DNA from: a virus
DNA length: 64,000 nt
Strand: one strand, 5' to 3'
IMG/VR virus record: IMGVR_UViG_3300045256_000294
Span: 64,001 to 128,000 of that record
Shown here one piece after another: positions 39,223 through 47,995 of the stretch. Made by a program: the position numbers and the translations under genes. How positions within the stretch are numbered: the stretch's first letter is position 1; each line of letters opens with the position of its first letter. A model generated the notes under the pieces. That model had not been told where the DNA came from, ran no database searches, and saw only the letters and a program-made list of their open reading frames with translations.

Positions 39223-39965
39223 GTGGCATCTTCAACCGCCTCGAACTGGACGTGATGCAGGCCAACGAACTCAAGGAGAGCGTCGAGCTAGCCTTCAAGT
39301 ATAAGTTCCCCGCGATCGTCGTACATCCCGGCCTCGCCTCCGACGCTCTACGAGCCCGCGGTGCCGTCCGCGGCCAGTTCAAGATCATCACCCCGGTGGA
39401 TTGGCCCAAGGGCGATAACTTCGGCATCGTGAAATTCCGCGGCCTGTCTCTCGACGCAGTAGAGACCGACGGGTTCGAGATCATGCTCACCGGCGGAAAG
39501 TCGGAGGGCGACACCAGGAACGAGGCCAAGGCCCTCACCGAATTCGTCAAAAGGCAGATCTCCGACCAAACGGAGGTTCGGTTCGTGCTAGGCAGCTTCA
39601 TGCGGGACAACGACAACCTCGCTGCCCTGTGCCGGGGGCTCTTACACGTTCGTACTCCTACCCTAGTTCGCACCGACACCCAACTCAAGCTTCAGGTGTC
39701 CAAGGCGAACACCGAAGAGCATAACCGGGTGGTTAATCTCATCCGCAGCATCGTCCAGGTGCCGGTGAAGGTGGCCGGCAATATCGCCGGGGTGCGGTCG
39801 GTGACCGGCTGCCCCGACGCCGCCCGGTACGCGGTGAACCTATTGCAGGCCCGCACGATCATCAAAGAGTTCCAGCAACAGCCCGGTGGCTTGCGAACTC
39901 TCCTAAACAGCCCGCCGCCGGACAACCCGGCCGAAGTGGAGCAAGAGGATGATGCTACCGTGTGA
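39219..39965 (+). CDS. divergent DeoC-like aldolase-fold (TIM barrel) protein
   Basis: KYKFPAIVVHP, PVDWPKG (cf. GFPLG), LVRTDT (cf. FVKTST) and VKVAGNI (cf. VKASGGI). Confidence 0.6.
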   Translation: MSGIFNRLELDVMQANELKESVELAFKYKFPAIVVHPGLASDALRARGAVRGQFKIITPVDWPKGDNFGIVKFRGLSLDAVETDGFEIMLTGGKSEGDTRNEAKALTEFVKRQISDQTEVRFVLGSFMRDNDNLAALCRGLLHVRTPTLVRTDTQLKLQVSKANTEEHNRVVNLIRSIVQVPVKVAGNIAGVRSVTGCPDAARYAVNLLQARTIIKEFQQQPGGLRTLLNSPPPDNPAEVEQEDDATV

Positions 39966-40272
39966 TGCCTGCGGGAGCGAGCAAGAATTCGACGCGGGCA
40001 ATGATTATATCTTCTGCACCCGTTGCGGCCACTCGATCCCTGTAACCATGGAAACGGTACACATCGGTGAGAAGTTAGGGGAGGCCCTCCTGCTACCGCC
40101 GCCACAGGTATTAGAAGAAGGAACGGTCGTCATTATTGACCATGAGGATCACGTCTGGCACAATGAAATCGCCGTCATCTGTGGTGTTAAACACAAATTC
40201 TACCGCCTGGAATTCGGCGGTAGAAAAACCTGGGTCCCCTGCGAGTGGGTGAAAGAACATGAACCTCATTAG
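39949..40272 (+). CDS. small zinc-ribbon plus SH3-like protein
   Basis: CDAC...CTRC, followed by a beta-rich C-terminus. Confidence 0.6.
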   Translation: MMLPCDACGSEQEFDAGNDYIFCTRCGHSIPVTMETVHIGEKLGEALLLPPPQVLEEGTVVIIDHEDHVWHNEIAVICGVKHKFYRLEFGGRKTWVPCEWVKEHEPH

Positions 40273-40630
40273 CGAAATGGAGGAACTCGGCCAAGACGCC
40301 GACCTCCTGACCCGCAGCGACCCCTGGCTCGAACAGGAGCGGGTCCGCCTGTCCGAAGAGTTAGAGAAAGTTGCCACCCACCTACGGGCCGTGCACGTAG
40401 CCCAAAAGATCAAGCGGCAACTCCAGCAAAAAAACCTCGTCGCCGTCCAGCAACTCCTACGGGACGCCGACGGTGAGGTCAAGAACATCATCGTCCGGAT
40501 CATGAACCTACCGGACGCCCTGTCGATGCTCTCGACCTCAGACACCCTGGACGAACTGAACGTCGCCGCCCAACTCCACGGGTGGAAAGAGGACGGTTAC
40601 GATCTGGTGGCCAGCGCAGCCCTCCGATAA
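40259..40630 (+). CDS. hypothetical coiled-coil protein
   Basis: 123-aa ORF within the operon. Confidence 0.7.
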   Translation: MNLISEMEELGQDADLLTRSDPWLEQERVRLSEELEKVATHLRAVHVAQKIKRQLQQKNLVAVQQLLRDADGEVKNIIVRIMNLPDALSMLSTSDTLDELNVAAQLHGWKEDGYDLVASAALR

Positions 40631-40687
40631 GGTCTATACCCACCCACAGTCCAATCGGGCCAGCCGGAAGGCTGGCCCGGCCCATTT

Positions 40688-40963
40688 ATGGAGCCAATAG
40701 TCTATCGTGTCATCGAGGCTACACCCAACGATAAGGGCATTTCTCTGCTCCTTAGTCAGGATGGGATCGAAGACCCAGAGGCTGACATCGTATTGGTGTG
40801 GCGGGATGACCAAGACGTCGAATGGGCACACTGGAAAGAACAAGACCACAGAGTCGATGCTCTATCCTGGCGATTCCCGCTAGACTCGTCAGACGACGAA
40901 ACGCACGTGTTGGTCAGTAACAACAAACTCTGGAGCAACAATAATGCAACCGCGGAAATTTAA
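40688..40963 (+). CDS. hypothetical protein
   Basis: 91-aa acidic ORF overlapping the next start. Confidence 0.55.
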   Translation: MEPIVYRVIEATPNDKGISLLLSQDGIEDPEADIVLVWRDDQDVEWAHWKEQDHRVDALSWRFPLDSSDDETHVLVSNNKLWSNNNATAEI

Positions 40964-43900
40964 CATCGTGACGGACGGGGCCTGGGGCTCGTGCGGCAAG
41001 GGCCTCATCACCACCGCCCTCGCCTGGAAGCACCGGCCACAAATCATCAGCACCACCAACATGGCGAATGCCGGACACTGCCAGACGGCTGACACCTACG
41101 TTATTACCGATCGTGGGCTGGAGCGTCTAGGGTCTGTCGTCCTCAATAGGACCGCCTCCCAAACCGTGAACATGGACGGGAACTTTGAGATGGTGTCGCA
41201 TCACCACTATGATGGCGTACGGCACATCAACGAGATCGCCCTTCAAAACGGAGTGAAGCTCCGGTGCACCGATGCCCATCGCTATTACGTCTGGGACATC
41301 CAGAACGCGGCGTTCAGATGGGTGGCCAGTAACAACCTCAACGCCGACCACCACATCTTTCTCTTCCCCAAGGAGGTTGCCTTCCCGAACAACAAACTCC
41401 TACCAGACCGGTGGTCGATGGAGCCTCTTCCCAACCGCACCATCATCACCCTACCGCCGGACTCGACCAAGACGGACGTGCGATTCGCCGAATACTTAGG
41501 GCTGCTGGTGGGTGATGGGTATTACGCCGGTCTGCAGAAGATCTCAATCGCCTTCCACAGCGATCGACTCGACGTGGCTGAGACGGTGGCCGACCTGTAT
41601 CGCGACATGGGTATTACGGCTGTCGAACTGCGGCGAGTACCGGGGAAGAGATACTCTACCCTTACCACCCGCCAGACCTCCGGCTTGAATGAACTGTTCA
41701 AGATCGTGGGCCTTGATAGGGCCACCAAGTCTGCCAAGAGGACGCCATCTGGCGTCCTACGGTCCAACAAGTTGGTCATTGCCGCCTATCTCCGTGGTCT
41801 GTTCGATGCGGACGGCTCGGTTAAGAAGGACCGCGTGCAGCTCACCAATTGCTCACGGGTCGTTGTGGAAGACGCCCAGCAGATGCTCTATGTTCTTGGT
41901 ATCCATTCATGTCTGAGCGTCTATCACTGTGACCGCCCCATCAAATCAGGCGTCCGGCTCCCACAATTCATCCTGTCAGTCTCCGGAAAGGCAGACCTGA
42001 TGGCCTTTCACCGCACGGTCGGTTTCCTGTCACGGGTCAAGACGGAGCGTCTCCTGGGACTTGTCGGCCAGACTGAGGAGCAAGGTCTAGTCCTACCCCT
42101 GTCACTGCAGCTGCGGCAAAAACTGCGACAATCTGGGCTGGCGGGCCGAACCAACACCCGCACCGCTTCGGTGGTGGAAAAACTCGCTAACAGCACCGAT
42201 CCGGAAATTGTGCGTCTCGTTGATCTGTGCCGAGACTATCACCCCGTACGCATCAAGTCGATCCGCTTACACTGCGATCAAGCTGAGGTGTTCGACATTA
42301 CCGTTCCCGGTACTCACAGCTATTTGGCCAACGGGTGTGTGTCGCACAACACCGCCGTCTTCACCGACGGCCGGACGTTCGTGGCTAAGGCCCTCCCCTC
42401 CGCCACCATCCTCACCAAGTGGCTCACCGACTACCAGCCGCAGATCGTCGTCGGCCCCACCGCCGCCTTCGACCTCGACCAGATGATGAAAGAGATCCAT
42501 GAGTGCGGGGTTAACCACTCCCTGACCATCCACCCGCGGGCCGGCGTCATCACCGAAGCCCACAAGCTGGCCGAGAGCGGCAACGGCGAAGGCTCAACCA
42601 AGCACATCGCCTCCACGATGCAGGGCTGCGGCGCCTTCCTAGCCGACAAGATCCTCCGCAAGAAGGGACTCCGGCTCGCCCGCGATTACCCCGAACTGAA
42701 CAGCTTTATGGCGGACTACCTGCCGCGGAAGCTAACCATGCTGGGAGCCGAGGCCGCTGCCCTCGAAGGACTCAGCCTGCCGGAGATGCTCTACCGGCTA
42801 ATGACCCGGCACGGCTACACCATTCTGCACGAAGGGAGCCAGGGCTTCTCCCTCGACATCAATCACGGCTCCCACTACCCCCAATGTCACCACATCGATA
42901 CTCTGGTTCGCGTCCGTACCGGCGATGGTGTTGTGGAAACGATCCGGTTGCAAAATGTGGATGTCTCCAGACACACCGAGATCGAGGACATCGGTGGATG
43001 GGTGCGTTTGCACAAATCGTGGGAGAATCTCGACCCGGAGCCGATGCTTGCCATCGTCGCCGGACAGAATTTGCTTATGGTGACCGCCGGGCACCCGACC
43101 ATCATTGAGCGTGATGGGGTACGGGTGGAGATTAGGGCCGACGCGGTTCGCCCCGGTGATCGCGTCTATACACCCACCCCCAACCGTCCTGTCGCTAACA
43201 AAGCCCTTGGACGCTCGCTTGCGTACGCGGTTGGCTATTTTCTGGGTGACGGATGGATCAGCGGAGAAATGCGGCCGGCGGCTCACCGTCCTACAGCCGG
43301 CCAGAAGAAAACCACAGAACTCGCCCGCTACCGAGCACGCAAACAAGACATGGTCGTCGAAACGCCGACACACCGGATGGCAGCAGCCCGCAAGACTCAG
43401 ATGTTGGGTGTGATCTTCTCGTCGCAGGATTTTTACCGCCTACCTGGGCATCTTGACCGTCTCAGTCTGACGCATCACATGCGGGCGACCAAGAGCAAAG
43501 CGTTCCGGCTCAACGTCTGGTCATCCGATTTCGCACGTCAACTGGACTCGATGGGCATCAAATCCGAACTCGCCCCTAACAAACGGTTGATGCCCGACTA
43601 TCTGGACTACGACGACGTGACCTTAGCGATGATCTTGGCCGGTTATATTGACTCTGACGGGACCGTGACCAAGACCGGCCGCGTCGTCTTCGAGGTTACG
43701 TCGTTGTGCCTGTGCCAGCAGTGGCAGCGCTGGTTGCATTCGTTGGGCATTAAGTGCTCGATCCGTCCCCGAAAGAAGTATGGAACACACTATAGCACAC
43801 ACACCACGACCGACCACTGGTTGATGTCGATCGTTTTCCACAAGAACCAGACCGAACACCCGGTATACCAGACTCTGCTTGCCGAATCCGCCAAGGCCGC

Positions 43901-44582
43901 AATTCGCCTGCGGCCTCAGGCTCGCTGCTGGGATCGTGACGCAACCCATGTCCGTTCGGCTTTCTCCGGCGGTCTGTCGAAGGTTACGAGAATCGTCCGA
44001 CTCGGTTTGCGGCGGGCTTGGGACGTCACTACCGACACCGGAACTTTCCTGGCCGGCGGCATCTTAGCCCACAACTGTACCAGCCGTGGGACAACCGGCA
44101 TGCAGAACATGGCCGACATGGGGATCAGCCACTTCGAACTCGGCGACGTCTACCTCGTCATCCGCCCATACCCGATCCGGGTGGGCAACGTGATCGAGAA
44201 CGGCCAACAGGTCGGCTACTCCGGCGACTGCTACGACGGCCAGGAGGAGATTACCTGGGAGCAGGTCGCCAAGGAGTCTGGCATGCCGGATGACGTGGCA
44301 GCGAGCTTGCTCAAAAAGGAACTGACGACGGTGACCAAGCGACTCCGCCGGGTATTCACCTTCTCTGACCGGCAGCTTCGGGAAGCGGCCCTCATTAACG
44401 GGGCCACCAAGATCGCCCTCAACTTCGCCAACTACATCGACTACTCGGTCGCCGGCAAAAACCAGTACGATGAACTCACCCCCAAGGTGAAGGACTTCAT
44501 CGCCCGTGTTGAGGACGTGACCAAGCTGCCGGTCACCGTGGTGGGGACCGGGCCACAGGTGGACCACGTGGTACTCCTCTGA
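40944..44582 (+). CDS. purZ: PurZ-like adenylosuccinate synthetase homolog with two inteins (about 391 aa after splicing)
   Basis: DGAWGSCGKG (Ser where PurA has Asp), NAGH|T, IASTMQGCG, EGSQGFSL, YPQ|CTSR, RPYPIRVGN, ELTTVTKRLRRV and LNFANY (not TKLD). Confidence 0.8.
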   Translation: MQPRKFNIVTDGAWGSCGKGLITTALAWKHRPQIISTTNMANAGHCQTADTYVITDRGLERLGSVVLNRTASQTVNMDGNFEMVSHHHYDGVRHINEIALQNGVKLRCTDAHRYYVWDIQNAAFRWVASNNLNADHHIFLFPKEVAFPNNKLLPDRWSMEPLPNRTIITLPPDSTKTDVRFAEYLGLLVGDGYYAGLQKISIAFHSDRLDVAETVADLYRDMGITAVELRRVPGKRYSTLTTRQTSGLNELFKIVGLDRATKSAKRTPSGVLRSNKLVIAAYLRGLFDADGSVKKDRVQLTNCSRVVVEDAQQMLYVLGIHSCLSVYHCDRPIKSGVRLPQFILSVSGKADLMAFHRTVGFLSRVKTERLLGLVGQTEEQGLVLPLSLQLRQKLRQSGLAGRTNTRTASVVEKLANSTDPEIVRLVDLCRDYHPVRIKSIRLHCDQAEVFDITVPGTHSYLANGCVSHNTAVFTDGRTFVAKALPSATILTKWLTDYQPQIVVGPTAAFDLDQMMKEIHECGVNHSLTIHPRAGVITEAHKLAESGNGEGSTKHIASTMQGCGAFLADKILRKKGLRLARDYPELNSFMADYLPRKLTMLGAEAAALEGLSLPEMLYRLMTRHGYTILHEGSQGFSLDINHGSHYPQCHHIDTLVRVRTGDGVVETIRLQNVDVSRHTEIEDIGGWVRLHKSWENLDPEPMLAIVAGQNLLMVTAGHPTIIERDGVRVEIRADAVRPGDRVYTPTPNRPVANKALGRSLAYAVGYFLGDGWISGEMRPAAHRPTAGQKKTTELARYRARKQDMVVETPTHRMAAARKTQMLGVIFSSQDFYRLPGHLDRLSLTHHMRATKSKAFRLNVWSSDFARQLDSMGIKSELAPNKRLMPDYLDYDDVTLAMILAGYIDSDGTVTKTGRVVFEVTSLCLCQQWQRWLHSLGIKCSIRPRKKYGTHYSTHTTTDHWLMSIVFHKNQTEHPVYQTLLAESAKAAIRLRPQARCWDRDATHVRSAFSGGLSKVTRIVRLGLRRAWDVTTDTGTFLAGGILAHNCTSRGTTGMQNMADMGISHFELGDVYLVIRPYPIRVGNVIENGQQVGYSGDCYDGQEEITWEQVAKESGMPDDVAASLLKKELTTVTKRLRRVFTFSDRQLREAALINGATKIALNFANYIDYSVAGKNQYDELTPKVKDFIARVEDVTKLPVTVVGTGPQVDHVVLL
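41079..42350 (+). mobile_element. intein A (424 aa) in PurZ-like gene
   Basis: CQTADTYVIT...YLGLLVGDG...YLRGLFDADG...VFDITVPGTHSYLANGCVSHN|T. Confidence 0.94.
42885..44075 (+). mobile_element. intein B (397 aa) in PurZ-like gene
   Basis: CHHIDTLVRV...VGYFLGDG...LAGYIDSDG...AWDVTTDTGTFLAGGILAHN|C. Confidence 0.93.
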
Positions 44583-44806
44583 TGACCTTCTACAGCGACA
44601 ATGCAACCTTCGCTTCGAACGCAGCCCAGGCCCTGGTGAACCGGGGGCTGGGCTTCACCTTTTACAAATCTCCCGGCAATGGACACGGTGAATTCGCATT
44701 TCACGTTATGGATGATAAGGCCATAGACTTGATCCGCTATATGGGTGACCATTGGGCGGTGTCCCTCTACGAGGTCCATGATAAGGACCAGCCCAACAGG
44801 GACTGA
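44582..44806 (+). CDS. hypothetical protein
   Basis: 74-aa ORF with a TGATG overlap. Confidence 0.6.
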   Translation: MTFYSDNATFASNAAQALVNRGLGFTFYKSPGNGHGEFAFHVMDDKAIDLIRYMGDHWAVSLYEVHDKDQPNRD

Positions 44807-44836
44807 CTTCGGTAGCTATGGAAACCCGGAGCTACC

Positions 44837-45634
44837 ATGCTACTCGATAAACTGAAAATTGCAGCCTACCTGGATGAAGCCGGCGAGGATATCCTGTCCG
44901 CCTGCTCAGTTCTGGCGGAACACAAGTTCAATTACGTCGTCCTCCGCCACGCCTGGAGTGGCAATATCCTCGACGTCAACGATCAGACCTGTGCCAAACT
45001 CCGCAAGACTCTACAGGATCACAACCTGAGCGTGGTCGCTCTGGTGACTGACCTGGGTAAAGTTGAGACGCCACAACTGATGCGGACGCCCAAGGAGAAG
45101 ATCGAGCGTCTGTTCAATCTGGCCACCTACTTCCAGGCCAGTATGGTGCGGGTGCACTGTGGGGTCAAGTCGCGTAACCAGGACGAGAAGGCGATTGAGT
45201 CCTGGATGCAGATGATCACCGAGAAGTGTCTGATCTCGACGACAATTCCGCTATATGAAGTAGTGGATGAGAGCGTCTACCGCGAGCCGCCAGAGGTCGC
45301 CAAATTACTATCGGCGAACCGACGCTGGAAGCTGCTGTACGACCCCGTTCAGCTTATCATCAAGCAGAACCAAAACCCATTTTTGCGGTATTGGACGTTG
45401 TTGAAGGCGTTCATAGCCGCTGTGGATCTTCGTGATTTCAAAATTGGTCACGGCTACAAGCCGGTTGGTCTTGGCGATGCCCGGATGAAGCTAACGGTTG
45501 ACGAGGGGCTGGGCGGCACGTATAAGGGCTGGTATTTCTTCGAGCCCTCTCTTGGCCGTCGCTACGCTTCCGCGGTAACTAAGGCGGATACTTTCAAGCT
45601 CGCTCTAGGAGCACTTGAAAATATCATGGCTTGA
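44837..45634 (+). CDS. sugar-phosphate isomerase / AP-endonuclease-2-like TIM barrel (divergent)
   Basis: AAYLDEAGED, LRHAWSGNI, LLYDPV, VDLRD, PVGLGD and FFEPSL. Several usual metal-ligand His residues appear absent. Confidence 0.65.
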   Translation: MLLDKLKIAAYLDEAGEDILSACSVLAEHKFNYVVLRHAWSGNILDVNDQTCAKLRKTLQDHNLSVVALVTDLGKVETPQLMRTPKEKIERLFNLATYFQASMVRVHCGVKSRNQDEKAIESWMQMITEKCLISTTIPLYEVVDESVYREPPEVAKLLSANRRWKLLYDPVQLIIKQNQNPFLRYWTLLKAFIAAVDLRDFKIGHGYKPVGLGDARMKLTVDEGLGGTYKGWYFFEPSLGRRYASAVTKADTFKLALGALENIMA

Positions 45635-45672
45635 ACCCAGGGCAAAGTTTCGAGTAACACAAAGGCAAAACC

Positions 45673-45885
45673 ATGGTTGCGAACATCAACGAAGCGGTCG
45701 AAGCGATCAAGCGGGTGGGCGGGACGAACGCCCGCATTGTCCCTATGCCTGGGCAGGATGTGAACGGACGCCAACAGGTCGAAATCCGCGAGGGCACCTC
45801 ATGGTATCCTGTGGTGACCGGGGTCAGCAGGAAGATGGCCGAAGACATCATCGCACAGGCTGTCAACAAGGTGATTCTTGGGTAA
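45673..45885 (+). CDS. hypothetical protein
   Basis: 70-aa ORF with good codon bias. Confidence 0.65.
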   Translation: MVANINEAVEAIKRVGGTNARIVPMPGQDVNGRQQVEIREGTSWYPVVTGVSRKMAEDIIAQAVNKVILG

Positions 45886-46331
45886 TGATGCCTGAGCAGC
45901 GGAAGATAAAGAGTGTCACCGAACTCGCCAAATATCGCGTGGGCGATACGGTGTGGTGGGTTATTCTACGTCCGCTGCAGGCCGGCCTCACTCGTGGCCT
46001 GCCGGAACACGACGAGTGGATGAAAAAACACCACCCCAAAGTCCTCTATGAATGGGGGCCTGGGAAAATCGTGTGGGGAAAGGCACTACTGCCGAAACTA
46101 CAACACGTCGATTTCGGCAACATTGTACCGCTCCTCACCAGCAAAATCCTTGTTGACCAGTTCCCGATCTGCGACATTCTCCGCAGTCGTGACACCGGAG
46201 AGTTCTTCTACTCCAATGCCGATGACGAGTGGATGCCAGAATCGTACTTGCTAACCACCAAGATCGCCGCGGACCGTGAACGGACCCGCATCCTCCGGTT
46301 GTTTCAAAAGTGGATCGACAACAACAAATGA
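45885..46331 (+). CDS. hypothetical protein
   Basis: TAATG-coupled start; KYRVGDTVWWV motif. Confidence 0.65.
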   Translation: MMPEQRKIKSVTELAKYRVGDTVWWVILRPLQAGLTRGLPEHDEWMKKHHPKVLYEWGPGKIVWGKALLPKLQHVDFGNIVPLLTSKILVDQFPICDILRSRDTGEFFYSNADDEWMPESYLLTTKIAADRERTRILRLFQKWIDNNK

Positions 46332-46693
46332 TCTGGTCATCGGATCAAGGCGATCCACCATACTACACCCCTGTCGCCAACGGTGTAATCGAGCAATTGC
46401 TCGGAAACAACTACTTCGTATCTGCCTATTGGGACCAAACCAGGGCGGAGGGGATGCAGGTAGTAATCGACATCTCCTTACCACACGGCATCTTCTCAGA
46501 ATTCCCCGGAATGACCATTAGCCGCGTTGTCTGTGGTCCACCACCCACAGCCATTACCGCAATTGGTCGGCACCGGGAAGCTGGGCTATACCTTGATGCC
46601 GTCGACCCTGAATCGTTCCAGAAGTTGAATCGTTTTCTCAAAGCTGCTGGTCGTCACGATCCTTCTGGTTCCGCATCCAAGTCGCCTGCATGA
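46328..46693 (+). CDS. hypothetical protein, possibly of the repeated small family (LDAVDPESFQKL)
   Basis: ATGA overlap with the upstream gene. Confidence 0.55.
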   Translation: MIWSSDQGDPPYYTPVANGVIEQLLGNNYFVSAYWDQTRAEGMQVVIDISLPHGIFSEFPGMTISRVVCGPPPTAITAIGRHREAGLYLDAVDPESFQKLNRFLKAAGRHDPSGSASKSPA

Positions 46694-47465
46694 TCGGGGT
46701 ATCAACCCCAAGCCGACGAGCACCGATCATCATATTGGCGAGGTCCTTCGGCAGACACTTCCCGCCAAACCCGAACTTCCCGTCGTGCCCCGGCACCTGA
46801 GTGTGCGATTGGGTGATCCGACCGTCCGCCAGTATCGCCTCCCGGCAGTGCTCCCAATCGAGTTTACCGGCGTCGGCGATTTTGCGAAGTTCATTGAACA
46901 GACCCACCTTCACGGCCCAGATCACGTTCATCGACAGCTTCACGTACTCGGTTTCTGCTGCCGACATCACATACACCGGCACTCCGGCGAACCGCTCCTT
47001 GCACATCGCTTCGAAATCGCGAGCCGCGTTCATCGACTTCTGGTCCGGAGCCCAGCCGATGAGATTGCGGGACGGAGTGTACGAGTCGATGAGGCTGAGT
47101 CGTTCCGTGAGAAATTCAGGGTGGTGGATGATGGTCAGGTCTGGGTAGATTTTGGTCATCTCGCCGGTGAAGCCCATCGGAATGGTGGATTTGATGACCA
47201 CCACCCCACATTTGGGGAGTTCGGCGAGTTTCTTGAAGACGCTCTCTATGATGTCGGTGTCGCACTCATATGATCCCGGCCGGCGGTTGGTTGGTACTGC
47301 GATGAATACATAATCGCAGGCGGCGGTTTCTTCGAGGGAGTGCACGCTGCGGTTGGGGTCGGCGTCGTGAATCTTGATGTCGGCCACGTATTCAGACCAG
47401 ACCTTGGCGTGAGCTTTCCCTACTACTCCGTGGCCAATGACCCCGAACGTTGGTTTTTTGGTCAT
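46638..47465 (-). CDS. UDP-glucose/GDP-mannose dehydrogenase family protein (lacks the C-terminal domain)
   Basis: GVIGHGVVG, FIAVPT, VIKST, PEFLTE and GFGGKCLPKD. Confidence 0.92.
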   Translation of the reverse strand: MTKKPTFGVIGHGVVGKAHAKVWSEYVADIKIHDADPNRSVHSLEETAACDYVFIAVPTNRRPGSYECDTDIIESVFKKLAELPKCGVVVIKSTIPMGFTGEMTKIYPDLTIIHHPEFLTERLSLIDSYTPSRNLIGWAPDQKSMNAARDFEAMCKERFAGVPVYVMSAAETEYVKLSMNVIWAVKVGLFNELRKIADAGKLDWEHCREAILADGRITQSHTQVPGHDGKFGFGGKCLPKDLANMMIGARRLGVDTPIMQATWMRNQKDRDDQQL

Positions 47466-47500
47466 GATAGATACTCAATCTCGAACAGGAGTTCTGGGCG

Positions 47501-47962
47501 ATGGGAAAGAAGAGCCGCCAGAAGAAAGCCCGTCGGAACGAGCCACACCCAACGATCTTTGTCCTTGATGGAACCATCCAGCACTTCCCGGATGGTTCTA
47601 TGATGGAACTATATACTGGCGTGACACCGGATGAGTGGCAGGAGATCGTCATCAGCAGCGTCCAATTCAAGATCTTCCTGGACTGTCTCAAGGATGTAGC
47701 CTGCCCACTTCTGCACGAGGTCTGGACCAAGGAAGATGAATGGTATCGACTGATGCTGGAACACAACATCAGCCGGATGCGGAACCTCGATCCCATGATC
47801 TTCCTGCCGATCGACCAGGACGAGATCAAGCGGAAATTCGAAGACAAGATCCGCACACAGTCGATCGAAGTCGCCGCGGATATCAAGAAGTTCCGTGATC
47901 AGCACTACTCATTCCTGGGAGAGCGGTCCGACCACAGCAGCACCGACGTGTCGGAGCTATAA
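47501..47962 (+). CDS. hypothetical protein
   Basis: 153-aa ORF after AGGAG. Confidence 0.65.
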   Translation: MGKKSRQKKARRNEPHPTIFVLDGTIQHFPDGSMMELYTGVTPDEWQEIVISSVQFKIFLDCLKDVACPLLHEVWTKEDEWYRLMLEHNISRMRNLDPMIFLPIDQDEIKRKFEDKIRTQSIEVAADIKKFRDQHYSFLGERSDHSSTDVSEL

Positions 47963-47995
47963 CCCAAAACTAAAGTGGACTTCTTAGGGGTGCAT

